NCBI GenBank assembly: GCA_964016885.1
Contig: OZ024742.1
Location: 255,068,001 to 255,132,000 of the forward strand
Reading direction: 5' to 3'
DNA: 64,000 nucleotides
DNA from: Eledone cirrhosa
Taxonomy: Eukaryota
Below the pieces are notes generated by a model. The model was not told where the DNA came from. It searched no databases and worked only from the letters and a program-made list of their open reading frames with translations. Below, piece after piece: positions 18,326 to 33,175 of the stretch. The position numbers and the translations under genes were made by a program. Every line of letters starts with the position of its first letter. The stretch's first letter is position 1.

Positions 18326-21121
18326 AAGACAATAAGTCAACAGAGGTAGTTCGAGTTAGTAATCGAATAATTAAGCTTAGATTAGTTCTAGGCCCGAGAC
18401 TACTGACAATCATCTCTGCCTATGTTCCCCAAGCAGGCCTAGGCAAAGAAGAGAAAGACTGCAACTTTTACAAACAACCGCAATGACAGAGGACAGAGAC
18501 ATCGTTATGCTAGCAGGGGCTTCAATGGTCATGTTGGACAGCTCCAGGATGGTTACACTGGGGTACATGGTGGGCACGGTTACGGCTCAAGAAATGAAGA
18601 AGGGGTGAAACTTCTTGAATTTTGTGATGCAAGTACACTGACTATTTCCAAGACTAACTTCCAGAAACCTGCCAACCACCTAATAACCTACAAATCAGGC
18701 GAGCACATAAGCCAGATTGACTTCTTACTAGTTAGGCAGCGGGACAGGCAGATAGTGTCTAATACCAAGGCATACCCTGGGGAAGAATGTATCCCACAGC
18801 ATAGGTTTGTCGTTAGTGATATCTCAGTAAGCAAGAGACAGAATGAGACATACAGGCAGGTGTGGAGAAGAAAGGTGTGGAAGCTAAAAGACCTTTCACT
18901 AATATACAAATTTAGGAAAGCCTTAAAGATGTGTATGACCAAAAAGAACACGATTTAGAGACGTATGACATAGATAATAACTGGAATTTCTTACGTGACA
19001 ACTTACTGCAGGCTACTGATGAAACTTGTGTCTTGAGCAGAGCTCCTGCCAGACAGAGAGTGACCTGGTGGTGGAACAGCACAGTAAATAAGGCTATTAG
19101 AGACAAAAGACTAGCATAGAAGGCTTGGAAAAAGGGTGAGAGTAGAGAAGGATATACAGCCGCTAAGAGAGAAGCTAGACGTCAGGTGTACTTAGCACGC
19201 AGGTAGGCTGAGAGTAGGAGGTTTGTTCTGCGACGAGAAGATCAGAGGCGTGCGGTGTTCCACATTGCAAGAAAGTGTGTCAATGCAAATCAGGATGTTG
19301 TTGGAAATAAATGTGTCCGGAATGATGCCGGTGTACTTAGTGTCACGAATGATCAGAAAAAGGAGGCCTGGAAATGTCATTATGAGAGACTGATGAATGT
19401 GGAGAACGAATGGGAGAGAGAGAAATTACCCTCAGTAGATCCGCCAGAGGGACCAGCTATTGAGATTGATAAATATAGGGTTCAAAAGGCGATTAAGGAA
19501 ATGAAAAATGGTAAGGCTACTGGACCGTCGGGGATAGTTGCTGAGATACTGAAGGCATCAGGGGATGTAGGCACTAAACTGGTTGCACGCATCATCAATC
19601 ATGCTATATATGGCGGTGTCATACACAAAGACTGGTGCAGCAATATTCTCATAAATTGCTACAAAGGTAAAGGGGATGCTCTGGAGAGGAGCAATTATAG
19701 GGGTATAAAACTGCTGGATCAGGTTATGAAAGTGGCAGAAAGTATATTAGCACAACTAATTAGAGAAAGGGTCAAATTTAATGAGATGTAGTTTGGTTTT
19801 GTGCCTGGGAAAAGTACAACAGATGCCCTCTTCTTGGTGAGAGGTTCTTAGAGAAGAATAAGCCACTATACTTAGCCTTTGTTGACCTAGAGAAGGCCTT
19901 TGATAGGGTACCCCAATCTATCATCTGGTGGTCCCTAAGGAAACAAGGTGTTGAGGAATGGCTTGTGAGGACAGTACAAACTTTGTACAGAGGTGCTGTC
20001 AGTAAAGTCAGGGTAGGAATGGAGTTTAATGAGGAATTGAAGATACAAGTAGGAGTACATCAAGGTTCGGTCCTCAGCCAGCTCTTGTTCATTATAGTCC
20101 TCCAAGACATAACAGAGGAGTTTAAGACTGGCTGTCCATGGGAACTTCTCTATGCTGAGGATCTAGTTCTTATAGCAGAATCAGGAGAGGAGCTAGAGAA
20201 TAAATTCTGGCTATGGTAACAGCAGTTGGAAGCAAGAGGACTGAGAGTGAACCTAGCTAAGACAAAAGTGTTGATGAGTAGAAAAGAGGACAAAACTCTG
20301 ATTCCGTCAGGGAAATAGCCATGTTCGATATGCAGGAAAGGAACTGGCATACATTTTATATAATGCACCCAATGCAGATCCTGGGTACACAAGAGATGTA
20401 GTGGGATAGCATGCAAAATAACAGGTAGGGAGAAATACGTATGCAGTAGCTGTACAGGGAAATTAGACAGTAGAAGTCGCATTGATAGACACATTTTTCA
20501 AATGCAGGCAGGTGCTATAGAAGTGGTGGATAGCTTCCGGTACATAGGAGATCAGATTAGCATGGGAATGGGGTGTTCCGAGGCCATAGTATCTAGAATA
20601 AGGATGGGTTGGAAGAAGTTTAGGGAGCTGCTTCCTCTGCTGACAAAGAAGGGTTTCTCCCTGTGTACAATATGCCGGTTATATGATGCCTCTGTGCGGA
20701 GCACGATGCTACATGGTAGTGAGACATGGGCAGTAACTGCAGAGGATATGCGACGGCTGGAGAGAAATGAGACAAGCATGCTCCGTTTGATGTGCAATGT
20801 CAATGTGCTTGAACGACTCAGCATGAATGTGTTGAGAGAGAAACTGTGTCTGAGAGTGATAGAATGTAGTGTGCGAGAGAGGAGACTGGGGTGGTATGGA
20901 CATGTGATGCGCATGGAGGATGACCGATGGGTGAAGAAGTGCCAGGAAATGCCATGATGATATGGTAGAGGTAGAACACGAAAAAGATGGGCGGAGTTTA
21001 GTGAGAACAGACCTCAGATCGCTGAAGCTCACGGTGGAGATGACGAAAGACCGTGACAAGTGGAGAGATGCTGAGCTGAATAAGATCCATCCGACCCTTG
21101 CAAGCACGGAAAAGCGGACGT
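18326..21121 (+). mobile_element. RTE LINE, near full length (APE + RT), pseudogenised
   Basis: APE motifs (FNGHVG, SQIDFLL, QHR), NYRGIKLL, DLEKAFD, GVHQGS, LYAED and MLHGSETW. The 3' end is cccttgcaagcacggaaaagcggacgt. Confidence 0.9.
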
Positions 21122-24100
21122 TTCGGATGCTAGCCCTTCATCAGAAGAAAGAATGAAAAATAAAATAGCTTGAGGGGACGGGCAGGATGGAATTGGAAGA
21201 AATGTCTTTATATGAAAATAACAGGTCCATTCATGTTGATATCTCTTGTAAAACTGTTGGTGCTGGCGTTTTGTGTATGATTTGTTTTTTAGAAAACTGG
21301 ATGATAGAGTGCGTCTACCTGAAATGAGTAAAAAAAAACGTTTTGTAATATGAGCTATACTTGAGCACGTGCGTAAGCATGTGTGTGTGTGTCTATGTGT
21401 GTGGGTGTGTGTGTGGGTGTGTGTGCGTGTTATTGTAGATCCGTACGAAGCTAAGAAGAAATGTGTGTGTATATATGAGTAAAAGAGTGTATGTACATGT
21501 AAGTACGAAGCTATGAGCAAAAGTATGTTAGTATAAGGGAGTGTATCGGCATGTATTATTTGTAAGGGAGATGTTAATGATCAAGAGAAAGCGATAGGAA
21601 TTTAGGGGTGTGATAATGGACGGGGTATTAGAGAAATTGAGGAGGTGAGTTGAGTCCAAGAGGGGAATAGGACCCAAGGCGGTGAATCAGACTTTGTTCA
21701 GTTCTGGTGCGCCAGGCCTGTGATCCATGATGTAAAAGGACACCGCAGGACTGAAACATGTAGGGAAGAATGACCAGGAGAACAGAAATGACGGGCGACA
21801 GGAGTATCCAAACCGAGTCGTATGTCCCTCAAATGTTCGGCAAAACGGTCCGCCATACGACGTACCAGTGGTCCGATATATAAAGACCCGTAAAGGGAAC
21901 ACCGGAGGGCATAGACAACGTGGGTGGGTGTGCAGGTGAAGGAATGTGCGGATATGGAAAGACCCGTTAGGGATGTAAGAGTGATGAGGGTGGAAATAAA
22001 GGGACAAGTGTTGCAGCGGGAACAGGAACAAGGATGAGATCCGGGTGGAGTCGTGGGAGAGGACGAAAAGGAATTGCAATCCAAGAAGTCGCTGAGGTTG
22101 TGGGCGCGCTTAAAAGCAGTAATGGGTGGGTTTGGAAAAAAGCGAGAAATAACGGAGTCAGAAGAGAGGATACGGAAGGAACAGAGGATATGTCGCCGGA
22201 GTGGTAGGGTGATGGGGTGGTAGGTGAGAGGGAAAGGAACACAGGTGTTGGGAGAAAGGGGGTGAAGTGAGAGGGCTGTGGTGCGGTCTGTTTCACGGGC
22301 GTGGGTGAGAGCAGCTTGGATCAGGGTGGGGGGGATATCCACCCTGGATGAAGCAAGAAGCCATACGAAGGGAATGGGTTTCGAAATCATCGTCCTGGCT
22401 ACTGAGTCGACGAAGACGGAAGAATTGGGAATAGGGTATGGAGTGTTTGGTGGGGGTTTGATGGGAAGTGGTGAAGTCGAGATAAGATTGGGAGTCTGTT
22501 GGTTTAATGAAGATGGAAGTAGAGAGGGTGTGGTGAGAGTGATTAATAGATAGAGAGATATCTAGAAAAGCGACAGAAGAATCGTGAAATTAAGAGCAAG
22601 ATTGAAATATTGGACAAAACAAAGAAAACAGTCGAGCTGTTCTCGTGATAGAGAGGTGGCGCTGATACAGTCGTCGCTATAACAACCATATAGCTCAGAA
22701 GTCGCTCCAGCGTACTGGGAGAAAATCAGGGCTTCAACGTAGCCATTCTGGTTCCCATCGCTACCCCAGAGACCTGCTGGTAAAATTCACCCGAAAAAAG
22801 AAAATCCATTAAGGGTGAGAACAAGCTCAGCCAGACGGAGAAGAGTGGTAGTGCTGGGGTAGGTGGTAGGGCATAAATCTAAAAAATGCTGGAGAGCGCA
22901 GGGACCGTCATCATGAGGGATGACGGTATAGAGAGGAGTGATGTCGAGGGTAAAGAGAAGGCGGGAGGGACCAGCAGGAAACGAGAAAGGGTTGAAGAGT
23001 CTAAGGGCATGATTTATATCGTGGATGTGGGAGGGGAGATTGCCGACCAACGGGTGAGGATGGTGTCTAAATATTCAGAAATTATCTCGGTGGGGCAGTT
23101 GCACGCAGAAACGATAGAACGGCCAAGATTATTTTGTTTGTGTATTTTGGGGAGGAAGTATATGGTGGATGTGCGAGGGGTGCGTACAATAAGTTTGGTG
23201 GCTGTGGGGGTAGGTGAGAGGAGGAGATGGGCTCGAGGATGGTGGAGGACTCGAGTTGTTGGTAGCCAGGAGAGGGTTCGGAGGATAAAGGGTGGTAAAA
23301 AAGGGTTATTGTGAAGCTGGCGGAGAGCCTCAGCCCTATAGAGGTCAGCGCTCCAAACCACCACAGCGCCACCTTTGTCAGCGGGTTTGATGACAACGTC
23401 ATCGCAACGCCAAAGGTTGCGAAGAGCGCAGAGCTCAGTCCGCATGATGTTAGAGCGACGAGAATGCTGGTGGAAACGGTTCACAGTACGCCGGCAAGTA
23501 TCGACAAAGGAGTCGAGGGTGCTGAACTGGCCAGAGCTCGGCGTCCAATGTGATTGCCGGCGACTGCGATGAGTGAAGTCATCCGTCTGTGTCGATGATG
23601 GCGTGTCGTGAAAAAAAGCTTTCAGTTTTAATCGACAGAAGAACCTTTCACTCTCGGAACGTGTGCGGAACTCGTCGCAGGTAGATGTGGTTGGTATAAA
23701 ACGCAAACCACGGGCGAGGAGGGAGCTCTCAGCTTCAGAGAGTGGTAGGTCCTGGGGTATAGTGACTACAGGGCATGGATGTGAGGGAGTGAAAGAGGCG
23801 GAGGCGGAGGGGTCAAGGTGGGAAAATCGTGCAGATTATGTGGTAGGGGACGGGATAGAGGGGTTAGGGTTGGAGGTGATATGAGTATGGGTGGTGATGG
23901 CAGGCGAAAAGAGAAGAGAGTCGAGTTTATGATCTTTTACGGAAGTGAGGAAATTGAAAAGGAGGTGATTGAGGTAAAGGATGAATTGGATAAGGGATTG
24001 GGAAAGGAAAGAGTGGCAAGTGGAGGAGAGATGGCGGTAGACCTTGGGGAGATCTCGGTCGAGAGAACGGATTTGAGCGAGAGTTGATCGAATGGTCGCC

Positions 24101-24455
24101 TGTATGAACTGGCGAGTGGAACAGTTAAGGATGGGCTCAGTGGTGGGAGCAGAGTAAGAGGTGGGGTGAAACTTGAGGAGGAAACCGTGGTGAATGAGGT
24201 GGTGGTGGAGACAGCGACGTAAAAAAGTGATGTTACTGTTGTATCGTGTTTTGGTGAAGATGAGGTTGGAGAGATGCAGGGAGGATTGGATGCATATGGG
24301 TGGGGGGGTTGGAGGAAACGCTGAGAGTAGAATGGAGCTGGCGGAGAAAAGATTTGAAATTGGGCATATTGAATGTACTAGGGTGGGAGTGAAAAATAGA
24401 CGGGTGAGAAGAAGAAGGAGGTGTAAGAGGATTGTAGTAGAGGAAAAGTGGTAGT
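21118..24455 (-). mobile_element. Penelope-like element, Neptune-type, degenerate, with truncated HHR at its 3' end (21118-21148)
   Basis: FLRRCLHHHLI N-terminus, KPADKGGAVVVW, YFLPKIHK, TLDITPLYT, GVAMG, CSCSRCNTC linker and VVYALRC..YIG. Reverse complement of the 3' end reads CTGATGA agggctagcatcc GAAACGT. Confidence 0.9.
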
Positions 24456-24473
24456 GTATATATATATACATAT

Positions 24474-25173
24474 AAACGGAAAAAATGAAACGAAATTTCA
24501 TTTCCCACTCTTAGTACGGTTGTTACTTAAATATAAGTATGTACACGTACATACATATATGTATACAGACGCACAGTAGTATGTATATATATATACATAC
24601 ATGCACACATATATATATATGTACGTATGGATTCACTGAGCATTTATTATAATGCTCGGTGTGTTTGTAAACAAACATCCCGTATTAAGCCGTAGTGTCT
24701 AGCAACCATCGTTGCTCGTTTGTTCAACGCTGACAAAGGAACGCTGTACTAGGTTCAAGCTTATTAGCTATCGTCAGCAACGTATACCTTCCTGCCAGAT
24801 TGTTGAACGTATATACTTACCTTATGCATATTAACGGTTGAGTAGCCCGATATGCAAATTGGGCTACTCAGCCGTTAATATGCATAAGGTAAGTATATAC
24901 GTTCAACAATCTGGCAGGAAGGTATACGTTGCTGACGATAGCTAATAAGCCTGAAACTAGTACAGCGTTCCTTTGTCAGTGTTGAACAAACGAGCAACGA
25001 TGGTTGCTAGACACTACGGCTTAATACGGGATGTTTGTTTACAAACACACCGAGCATTATAATAAATGTTCGGTGAATCCATACGTACATATATATATGT
25101 GTGCATGTATGTATATATATATATACATACTACTGTACGTCTGTATACATATATGTATGTACGTGTACATACT

Positions 25174-25175
<2 letters not shown>
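24474..25175. repeat. inverted duplication (~330-bp arms) of an HHR/octamer unit of the ~510-bp family
   Basis: Arms meet at ~24850. HHR at 24926-24968(+): acgttg CTGACGA t-agct-aata-agcc-t GAAAC TA GTA cagcgt. The minus copy at 24741-24783 has GAAC instead of GAAA. ATGCAAAT at 24852. Confidence 0.85.
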
Positions 25176-25205
<30 letters not shown>

Positions 25206-25382
25206 AGAAACGAAATGAGCTGTGTGGTTACTGTAAACAAAGTTTAAGATGGTAGTATGGACGAAACAAGAGAAATCCTTCATCAGCTGTTAACCAAGAT
25301 CACAGATGTTTCGCCGCTTAATGATCTTGGTTTACAGCTGATGAACGATTTCTTCTGTTGTTTCGTCCATACTACCATCTTA

Positions 25383-25442
<60 letters not shown>

Positions 25443-25711
25443 CAGAATAGAACCAGTTCGACCATTACTCAACAGAGTACTCGATACTTGGGGTAGTAGA
25501 GTATGGCTATATTATAAAGAGTCGCGACCAGATGGCTGATTTCTTGTGGATTCAAAAATTAGTTCCAGACTGTGTCTAGAACTAGCTTTTGAAATGGCAA
25601 GAGCTGAGTATGTATATATCTATATAATGTATGTATATATCTATATAATGTATGTATATATCTATATGCATAAAAAATAAATATTCATATGTAAATACGC
25701 ATGTGCAAAGA

Positions 25712-25801
<90 letters not shown>

Positions 25802-25816
25802 TTTGTGTGTGTGCGC

Positions 25817-25921
<105 letters not shown>

Positions 25922-26086
25922 GCAGTGTAGCTGTCTGCTAAGATTATTTACATAGAAGGTACGAATAACTCTTTGATGTTTAATTAACGTCAAAGAACCT
26001 TACAATTAAATGCAATTGCAAAGTAAGGAAAGAGGATACACACAGACATACACGTATAGATATCATCATCATCATCATCATCATCC

Positions 26087-26134
<48 letters not shown>

Positions 26135-26645
26135 AGAGTATTGAAAACGACCTAAAGAAAATATATATATATTTATATATATAAATTAATAAAAACAATG
26201 AATAAAAACAAAGAACAAATATGTGTATATTCATATTCATACACACATACATTCATAAATAGATACATATATATATGTATATTCATATACATACACACAT
26301 ACATAAATAGATACGCATATATATATATACATACATACGTGCACACATACATATGTACTTACATACATACATACTTGCATACATACATACATACATACAT
26401 ACACATATACATTCATAAACAGCTTAGCACATAAAATAGATGTAGTAAACAGAGGCAACACGTTACAATGGAAACAAGCAGCTGCTATTTATTTAGAGGG
26501 TCCATTTGAGGAAAGCATGGCACTGAAATAATTGGCTAGCTTCCAGTTTATCATTTACTAACATCTTCAAAGTGAAATTTCTAAACCATTCTTGTGACTA
26601 CTTTTTCTCTCATATGTTAAACACACATATACAATATACACACTT

Positions 26646-26705
<60 letters not shown>

Positions 26706-26754
26706 GTGTGTGTATGCAGATATATACAAACATATAAATATGTACATATACATA

Positions 26755-26822
<68 letters not shown>

Positions 26823-27217
26823 TATATACACACATATAAATATGTACATATACATACCTATATATATATGTGTGTGTATGTGTGCAGCTGTGTATGTATG
26901 GATATATGTGCGTGTGTGCGTTTATATATATATATGCAATAGTATGGTATCATCATATATATAATATGTATGATGATTATGATTCTAAAAAAAAAAGAAG
27001 CTCAATGTGCTTTGGCCCAGAGCATCAATAATTCAAATTAAATGATACATATACAGAGAGAGTGAAAGAGCCATATATTGTTTGAGAAACATTTGTACAC
27101 ATAACGCACATAATATATTATGTGCGTTAGGTAAGTGTACAAAATACAAGGTATTTCTCAAACGATATAAAGCTCTTTCTTTCTCTATACATATATCTCT
27201 TAATTTGAATTATATGA

Positions 27218-27261
<44 letters not shown>

Positions 27262-27330
27262 TATGAAGAGAGAAGAAACATTTAGATACAATTAGTAATA
27301 AAATGTATCATACCTAAACTGCTCCTAAAT

Positions 27331-27420
27331 TCCTCGACTACGTAGTTTCGTGGCATAAACAAAAACAATATATCATAAAGATATAGAGTCCCTGCGAGGT
27401 CTGCCGACTTATCAAGAGGA
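27331..27420 (-). ncRNA. decayed hammerhead with long stem II
   Basis: Reverse complement: tcctc TTGATAA gtcggca...tgccac GAAACTACGTAGTC gagga. Palindromic stem III, GUC site, two core mutations. Confidence 0.55.
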
Positions 27421-27816
27421 TACCTCATTTTACTAGTCTCAAGAACGCGTCTACACGACGTGAGAAAGAATCCCAAAAGGCGGAGGGGGGAGATAGTCAC
27501 GCGATATAACGGTCGAGAAACAGAGCTAAGCCTCTTATAACCACGAAGAAAATACCACGGAGGCGGAGGGGGTATTCATATCGAGGCCGCAGAAGAGGTG
27601 GTGAAGAAGGCTAGAAGTATGAGTAATGGAAGCTTTCCAGTTGTCCCCACACTTATATGTATATATATATATATATATTTCGTTTCTGAATTTGTTTAGC
27701 AAGATTCTTTATCTGAAATCGTAAATTGTAAATTTATAAATATATATTAAATTAAATTGAAGTGAAAGCAACTGGTGCGTGTGTTTCTTATTGGCAACAT
27801 GACCCTCCCAAAGTAT

Positions 27817-27873
<57 letters not shown>

Positions 27874-28003
27874 TATATTCATAGGTAGAAATCCATAGAA
27901 GAAAAATCAAGGAGAAAGTGCTCGATCTGTAAGTAGAGTGCTCATTTAGTGTAAATAAAGTTTCATAAAAGTATAAAAGTTTGTTTACACTATATATATA
28001 TTA

Positions 28004-28745
28004 CACCTGACGCCCGTCATTTCTGTTCTCCTGGTCATTCTTCCCTACATGTTTCAGTCCTGGGTGTCCTTTAAGCTCATGGATCACAGGCCTCGCGCAC
28101 CAGGACTGAACAAAGTCTGATTCACCGCCTTGGGTCTCAACTCACCTCCCTAATTTCTCTAATACCCTGTCCATTATCACACACCTAGATTCCTATCGCT
28201 TTCTCTTGATAATTAACATCTTCTCTTACAACTAATAAATGCCGACTATATATGCTCACTCCACTTTTCCCTTCACTGCTCTGCATACTCACATACATAC
28301 CCTTATATTAATATACTTTTGCTCATAGCTTCATACTTACATGCACACACACTCTTTTACTCACATATACACACACATTTCTTCTGAGCTTCCTTCATAC
28401 GGACGTATAACACACGCACACACATACACACACATGCTTACGCATGTGCACAAGTATAGCTCTTTTTATAAAACGTTTTTTTTTTCCATTTCAGGTAGAC
28501 TCTCTCCAATCATCCAATTTTGTAAAAGATAAATCATACACAAAACGCCAGCACCAACAGTTTTGCAAGAGATGTCAACATGAATGGACCTGTTATTTTT
28601 ATATAAAGGCATTTTATCCAATTCCAACCCGCACGTCCCCTCAATCTATCTTATTGCTCATTATTTCTTCTGATGATGGGCTATCATCCGAAACGTTAAG
28701 ACCCTCTTCCTGCTATATCAAGCGATAACCTAATATATCCTTCCA
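28004..28745 (+). mobile_element. 3' fragment of the Neptune family at 21118-24455, with HHR (28666-28701)
   Basis: Clear homology to the reverse complement of 21130-21800. tctt CTGATGA t-ggg-ctatca-tcc GAAACGTT aaga. Confidence 0.85.
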
Positions 28746-28935
28746 TATGCTGTACCAATTGTGTTGTTATTTCTGTTTACCTTAAACATTGAGGACTAAA
28801 TGAATTAACTGTGGAATTTAAAGATACAGAAGCAAAAGTTAACCAAACAGTGAGGGTGTTCTGTTATTATTTCTGGCAATATTATTACAACAATATGACC
28901 CTCCCCAAGTATAACGATATATATATATAAATATA

Positions 28936-29230
<295 letters not shown>

Positions 29231-29239
29231 CATATATAT

Positions 29240-29433
29240 ACATCATCATCATCATTTTACGTCCGCTTTTCCCTGCTTGCAAGGGTGGGACGGGTCTTAT
29301 TCAGCACACCATCTCTCCACTCGTCACGGTCCTTCGTCATCTCCACCGTGAGCTTCAACGATCTGAGGTCTGTTCTCACCACCTCCGCCCATGTTTTTCG
29401 TGGTCTACCTCTACCACGTCTTCCCTCAACTGG
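29240..29433 (-). mobile_element. RTE LINE 3' terminal fragment with (ATG)n tail
   Basis: [12 protein letters not shown]...RDEWR; terminal cccacccttgcaagcagggaaaagcggacgtaaaatgatgatg. Confidence 0.85.
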
Positions 29434-29484
29434 CATACATACATATATATATATACATACACATATACACGCACATATATATAC

Positions 29485-29597
<113 letters not shown>

Positions 29598-29685
29598 AAT
29601 AAAATACAGAGTTACTAACTCACATTGGTGCCCTGCAATTAACAAGCTCAAAGTATAAATACTGACCATTATATAATAATATACG

Positions 29686-29800
29686 ATCTGAGTTCAAATC
29701 CCGCGAGGTTGACTTTGCCTTTCATCCTTACGGGGTCGATAAAATAAAGTACCAGTAATGCACTGGGTAATTGCTGGCCTTGTGCCTAAAGTAGAAACTA
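29686..29800 (+). mobile_element. SINE fragment with B box and conserved central domain (Meta/MESC-like)
   Basis: gagttcaaatcc followed by gcctttcatccttacggggtcgataaaataaagtaccag. A diverged copy lies at 31505-31570. The family name is from memory. Confidence 0.55.
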
Positions 29801-29813
29801 TTATATAATAATA

Positions 29814-30390
29814 TATGTAGAAATAAACACAGTAAATTGTGTGTCTAAAATTACGAGGGTTGAAATACCACATTGGTTTGATAAATTTAACCTGAAGCAA
29901 ACGGAAGATATAGAATATATATACAGACCGTCTCAATAACTATTTCATCTCTTGGACAGATTAGAGATTTAATCTGGGTATCAATATGAGTTAGTAACTC
30001 TGTATTTTATTTGTATTTTGGCTCCCTAACTAGGTGAGCTTATAAGTTATGTGTATTAAGGCTATTATTTTTAGCATATCCACTCACACCACTTCTAACG
30101 TCCAGCGCATGAGGTAAGATATTCATTCATGTGGCTTTTAGTTGTATGTGTTTGTTCCATTTGATCTTATCTCTCACTGAGGAAAGCCTAGGGATTATCT
30201 GTTACAAACACAATTTTCAGGGCGAAACAGATTAAATCTCTAATCTGTCCAAGAGAAGAAATAGTTATTGAGACGGTCTGTATATATATTCTGTACCTTC
30301 CGTTTGCTTCAGGTTAAATTTATCAAACCAATGTGGTATTTCAACCCTCGAAATTTTAGACACACAATTTACTGTGTTTATTTCTACATA
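29814..30390 (+). mobile_element. pLTR-like element with 5' inverted copy and HHR (30170-30256)
   Basis: 29814-29976 is the reverse complement of 30228-30390. CTGAGGA...gggc GAAACAGATTA aatctc TAATCTGTC; stem I is imperfect. Confidence 0.7.
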
Positions 30391-30409
30391 TATTATTATA
30401 TATATATAC

Positions 30410-30518
<109 letters not shown>

Positions 30519-32217
30519 TATATATATACACACAAATATCTACATATATATATATATATATACACACATATATCTACATATACATCTTAATTACCAGCCA
30601 GCTGCCTCTGGCCTTGTATATCTCTGAAAAATAATTTCTCTTTTAGGTTATTTAGATTAGATATTGAATTTTTGGCTCTTGCAGGTATATATCATAAAGA
30701 TGTGTGTCTGTTGAACCTTTATTAATTACTATAGTTCTCAGAGAGATTCTGTGTGACACTATATGTGACAAGACTGGCTTTTACAATTAGAGTATATAGT
30801 CCATCGTTTATTATAGTGTTTCTGGTTGAAACAAGAAAAGTGTATGTAAACACATACATTTATACATGCAAGCATGTTGTTGTTGGACATCTGTTGGTTT
30901 CAACAGAAGAACCAGCTCATCAAATTACAAATAATTGAGCATTCTATAGATATTACATTTAAAATAATTCTCAGGGAGATTTAAGATGACACAGTGTGTG
31001 ACATGGCTGGCTCATCAAATTACAGTTACAAAAGCTTTCTGCCAGCTGAATGGACTGGATCAATATGAAATAAAGTGTTACGCACTACCAAGAATCAAAA
31101 TTATAATTATAAGACCATAAGGTTGAACAAAGTATCAATTATCTATTCACTTTAAAGCTAGATTTTGGTTTGCCTAAATTGTTTGCTTTTGTGTATTTAC
31201 CTATTTACTTTCACATGAACTATTTGTATATGAATGGTTATGTAGTTAAGGAGTTCACTACACAAGCACATCATTCTGGGTTCAGTACTGCTCTGTGGCA
31301 CCTGAGGCAAATATTTTCTACTATAACTTAAGCTTACACCCAAATATCTTGGGTGTGGAATTTGTTAGACAAAAACTGCAGAAGCCTGTCATATATATAT
31401 GTGTGTGTGTTTCAGGTTTATGTAGGAGTATATGATAGAAGGAAAATTAGCAGTCATTGAAACATTGAATAGAATACTTTACAATATTGACTCTGGCTCT
31501 CTGTGGTCTGAGTTCTGATTCCAAGACCAATTTTACCTCATCCTTTTGGGGTCAATAAATAAAGTACCAGCTAATTATTATATTTGATTCGTCTTCTCTC
31601 CCCACCCTCTCTCTCTGTATATATATATATCAAAGAAATCAATTGAGATTAAACCTAGAAATTGGTGAGCAGCACCAGTTTTTAAATTTCACTGTTCATG
31701 CCACTCACCATGATGAGTCGCCTATGATTGAATTCGAGGTTAACAGATCAGTGATATCAGAGTATACTCAGCTGCTATTTCTAGTAGTTTGAATTGTTAG
31801 CTCAAAATAAATTAATTTACTGTATGTACTGGCAGATGCAATAAAAAACATAAATTTGCTTTCTACTTGCTAACATCTGACATTTTAAAGAACATACGTT
31901 AACAAGATCTTATCAATATGTAATCATTTAAAAAGAAAATTAAACACACCACTAAAATACTTCAAGTGCCATTATTCATTTTATTTTTGTGCTAAAACAT
32001 TTCAAACTAGTGAACCCATGCCATAAAAATTGGCATCAATTCACATATGTTAAATGTTATTCACAGGAATGCCTTCGATAAAAGGATGGGCATAATAAGT
32101 CTATGGATGAATTGAAGTGGAAAAAAGAGGAAATTTCCTGGAATAATAGAAAACTGGCCATTGGAAACCTTCTAAATATACATTGTGAGGAAATTAGAGA
32201 TGAATATTGTATTTTAA

Positions 32218-33175
32218 GTCTTCTTCTTCTTCTTCTTCTTCTTCTTCTTCTTCTTCTTCTTCTTCTTCTTCTTCTTCTTCTTCTTCTTCTTCTTCTTCTT
32301 CCACATATTCCTGAGAGGGTTGTGGGGCAAACGTGACCTGCCAAGCTCATGGATGTTATCGAATCATCTTGCATGGGGTCTACGCCTGGGTCTCCTGCTG
32401 ATTGGTTTTGCCTGTAAAATCTGCCCAGCAATTCTTCTCTGAGACATTCTAACCACATACCCATAGTTACAGAGCTGTGATCTCTCAGTTCGGAGAAGTA
32501 ACTGCTCTACCCGGAGCAACTCTCTGATCTCTGAGCTCTGCACACTATTGAGTAATCCTTTGAAGGAACTCCATTTTGGCTGCTTGTATTCACAATCCTA
32601 TTCTTTTTGTCATTACTCGAGATTCATGACCACAAGAAGGGGTTGGCATGAATACCGAATTGAAGTTAGCAAATTTAGCTTTTATACCAACCTCCCTTTT
32701 TTCTGATTACCAAATGCTGAAGCTGGTGCATTATTGCACCACCTCCTGCAATTTTTGCACTTATTTTCAGCCTCCTGCCTTCCATCACTTGTAGACCCCA
32801 AGGTATTTTAACTTCTCTTCTTCTTTCAGTGGAACTCTATACACATGTAGAACACATTGTGCAGGCTTCCTTGAGAGGATGAGTGTCTCAGTTTTTGCAG
32901 CAATGATTTTCATTCCAGCCATGCAGCACTTGGCATCAAATCTATCAAGTGCAAATTGGACATCACCTTCTGTCTAGTTAAGTAATACCATATTGTTTGC
33001 AAATTCCAACCGACTGATTCTACACTTGCCAGTCATGATACCACTTCCAACCTAGCTGCACATGTAAATCCTGTTCATGAAAATAATGAACAGGAGAGGT
33101 GGCAGTAGCACCCTTGGTAGAGTCCAACTTCCACATTGAATGGTTCCAATTTAGCACCATTTAACTGAATGCTTT
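32218..33175 (-). mobile_element. old RTE-like LINE 3' fragment with (AAG)n tail
   Basis: Reverse complement gives PFNVEVGLYQGC, PLLFIIFM and LEFANN (decayed FADD). A (CTT)n run at 32218-32301 marks the 3' end. Confidence 0.6.

Noticed and set aside
25240-25387. CTGATGA and GAAAC in an inverted repeat as a possible HHR
   Set aside because: The order and stems do not close into a valid hammerhead, and the putative triplet is GUG.
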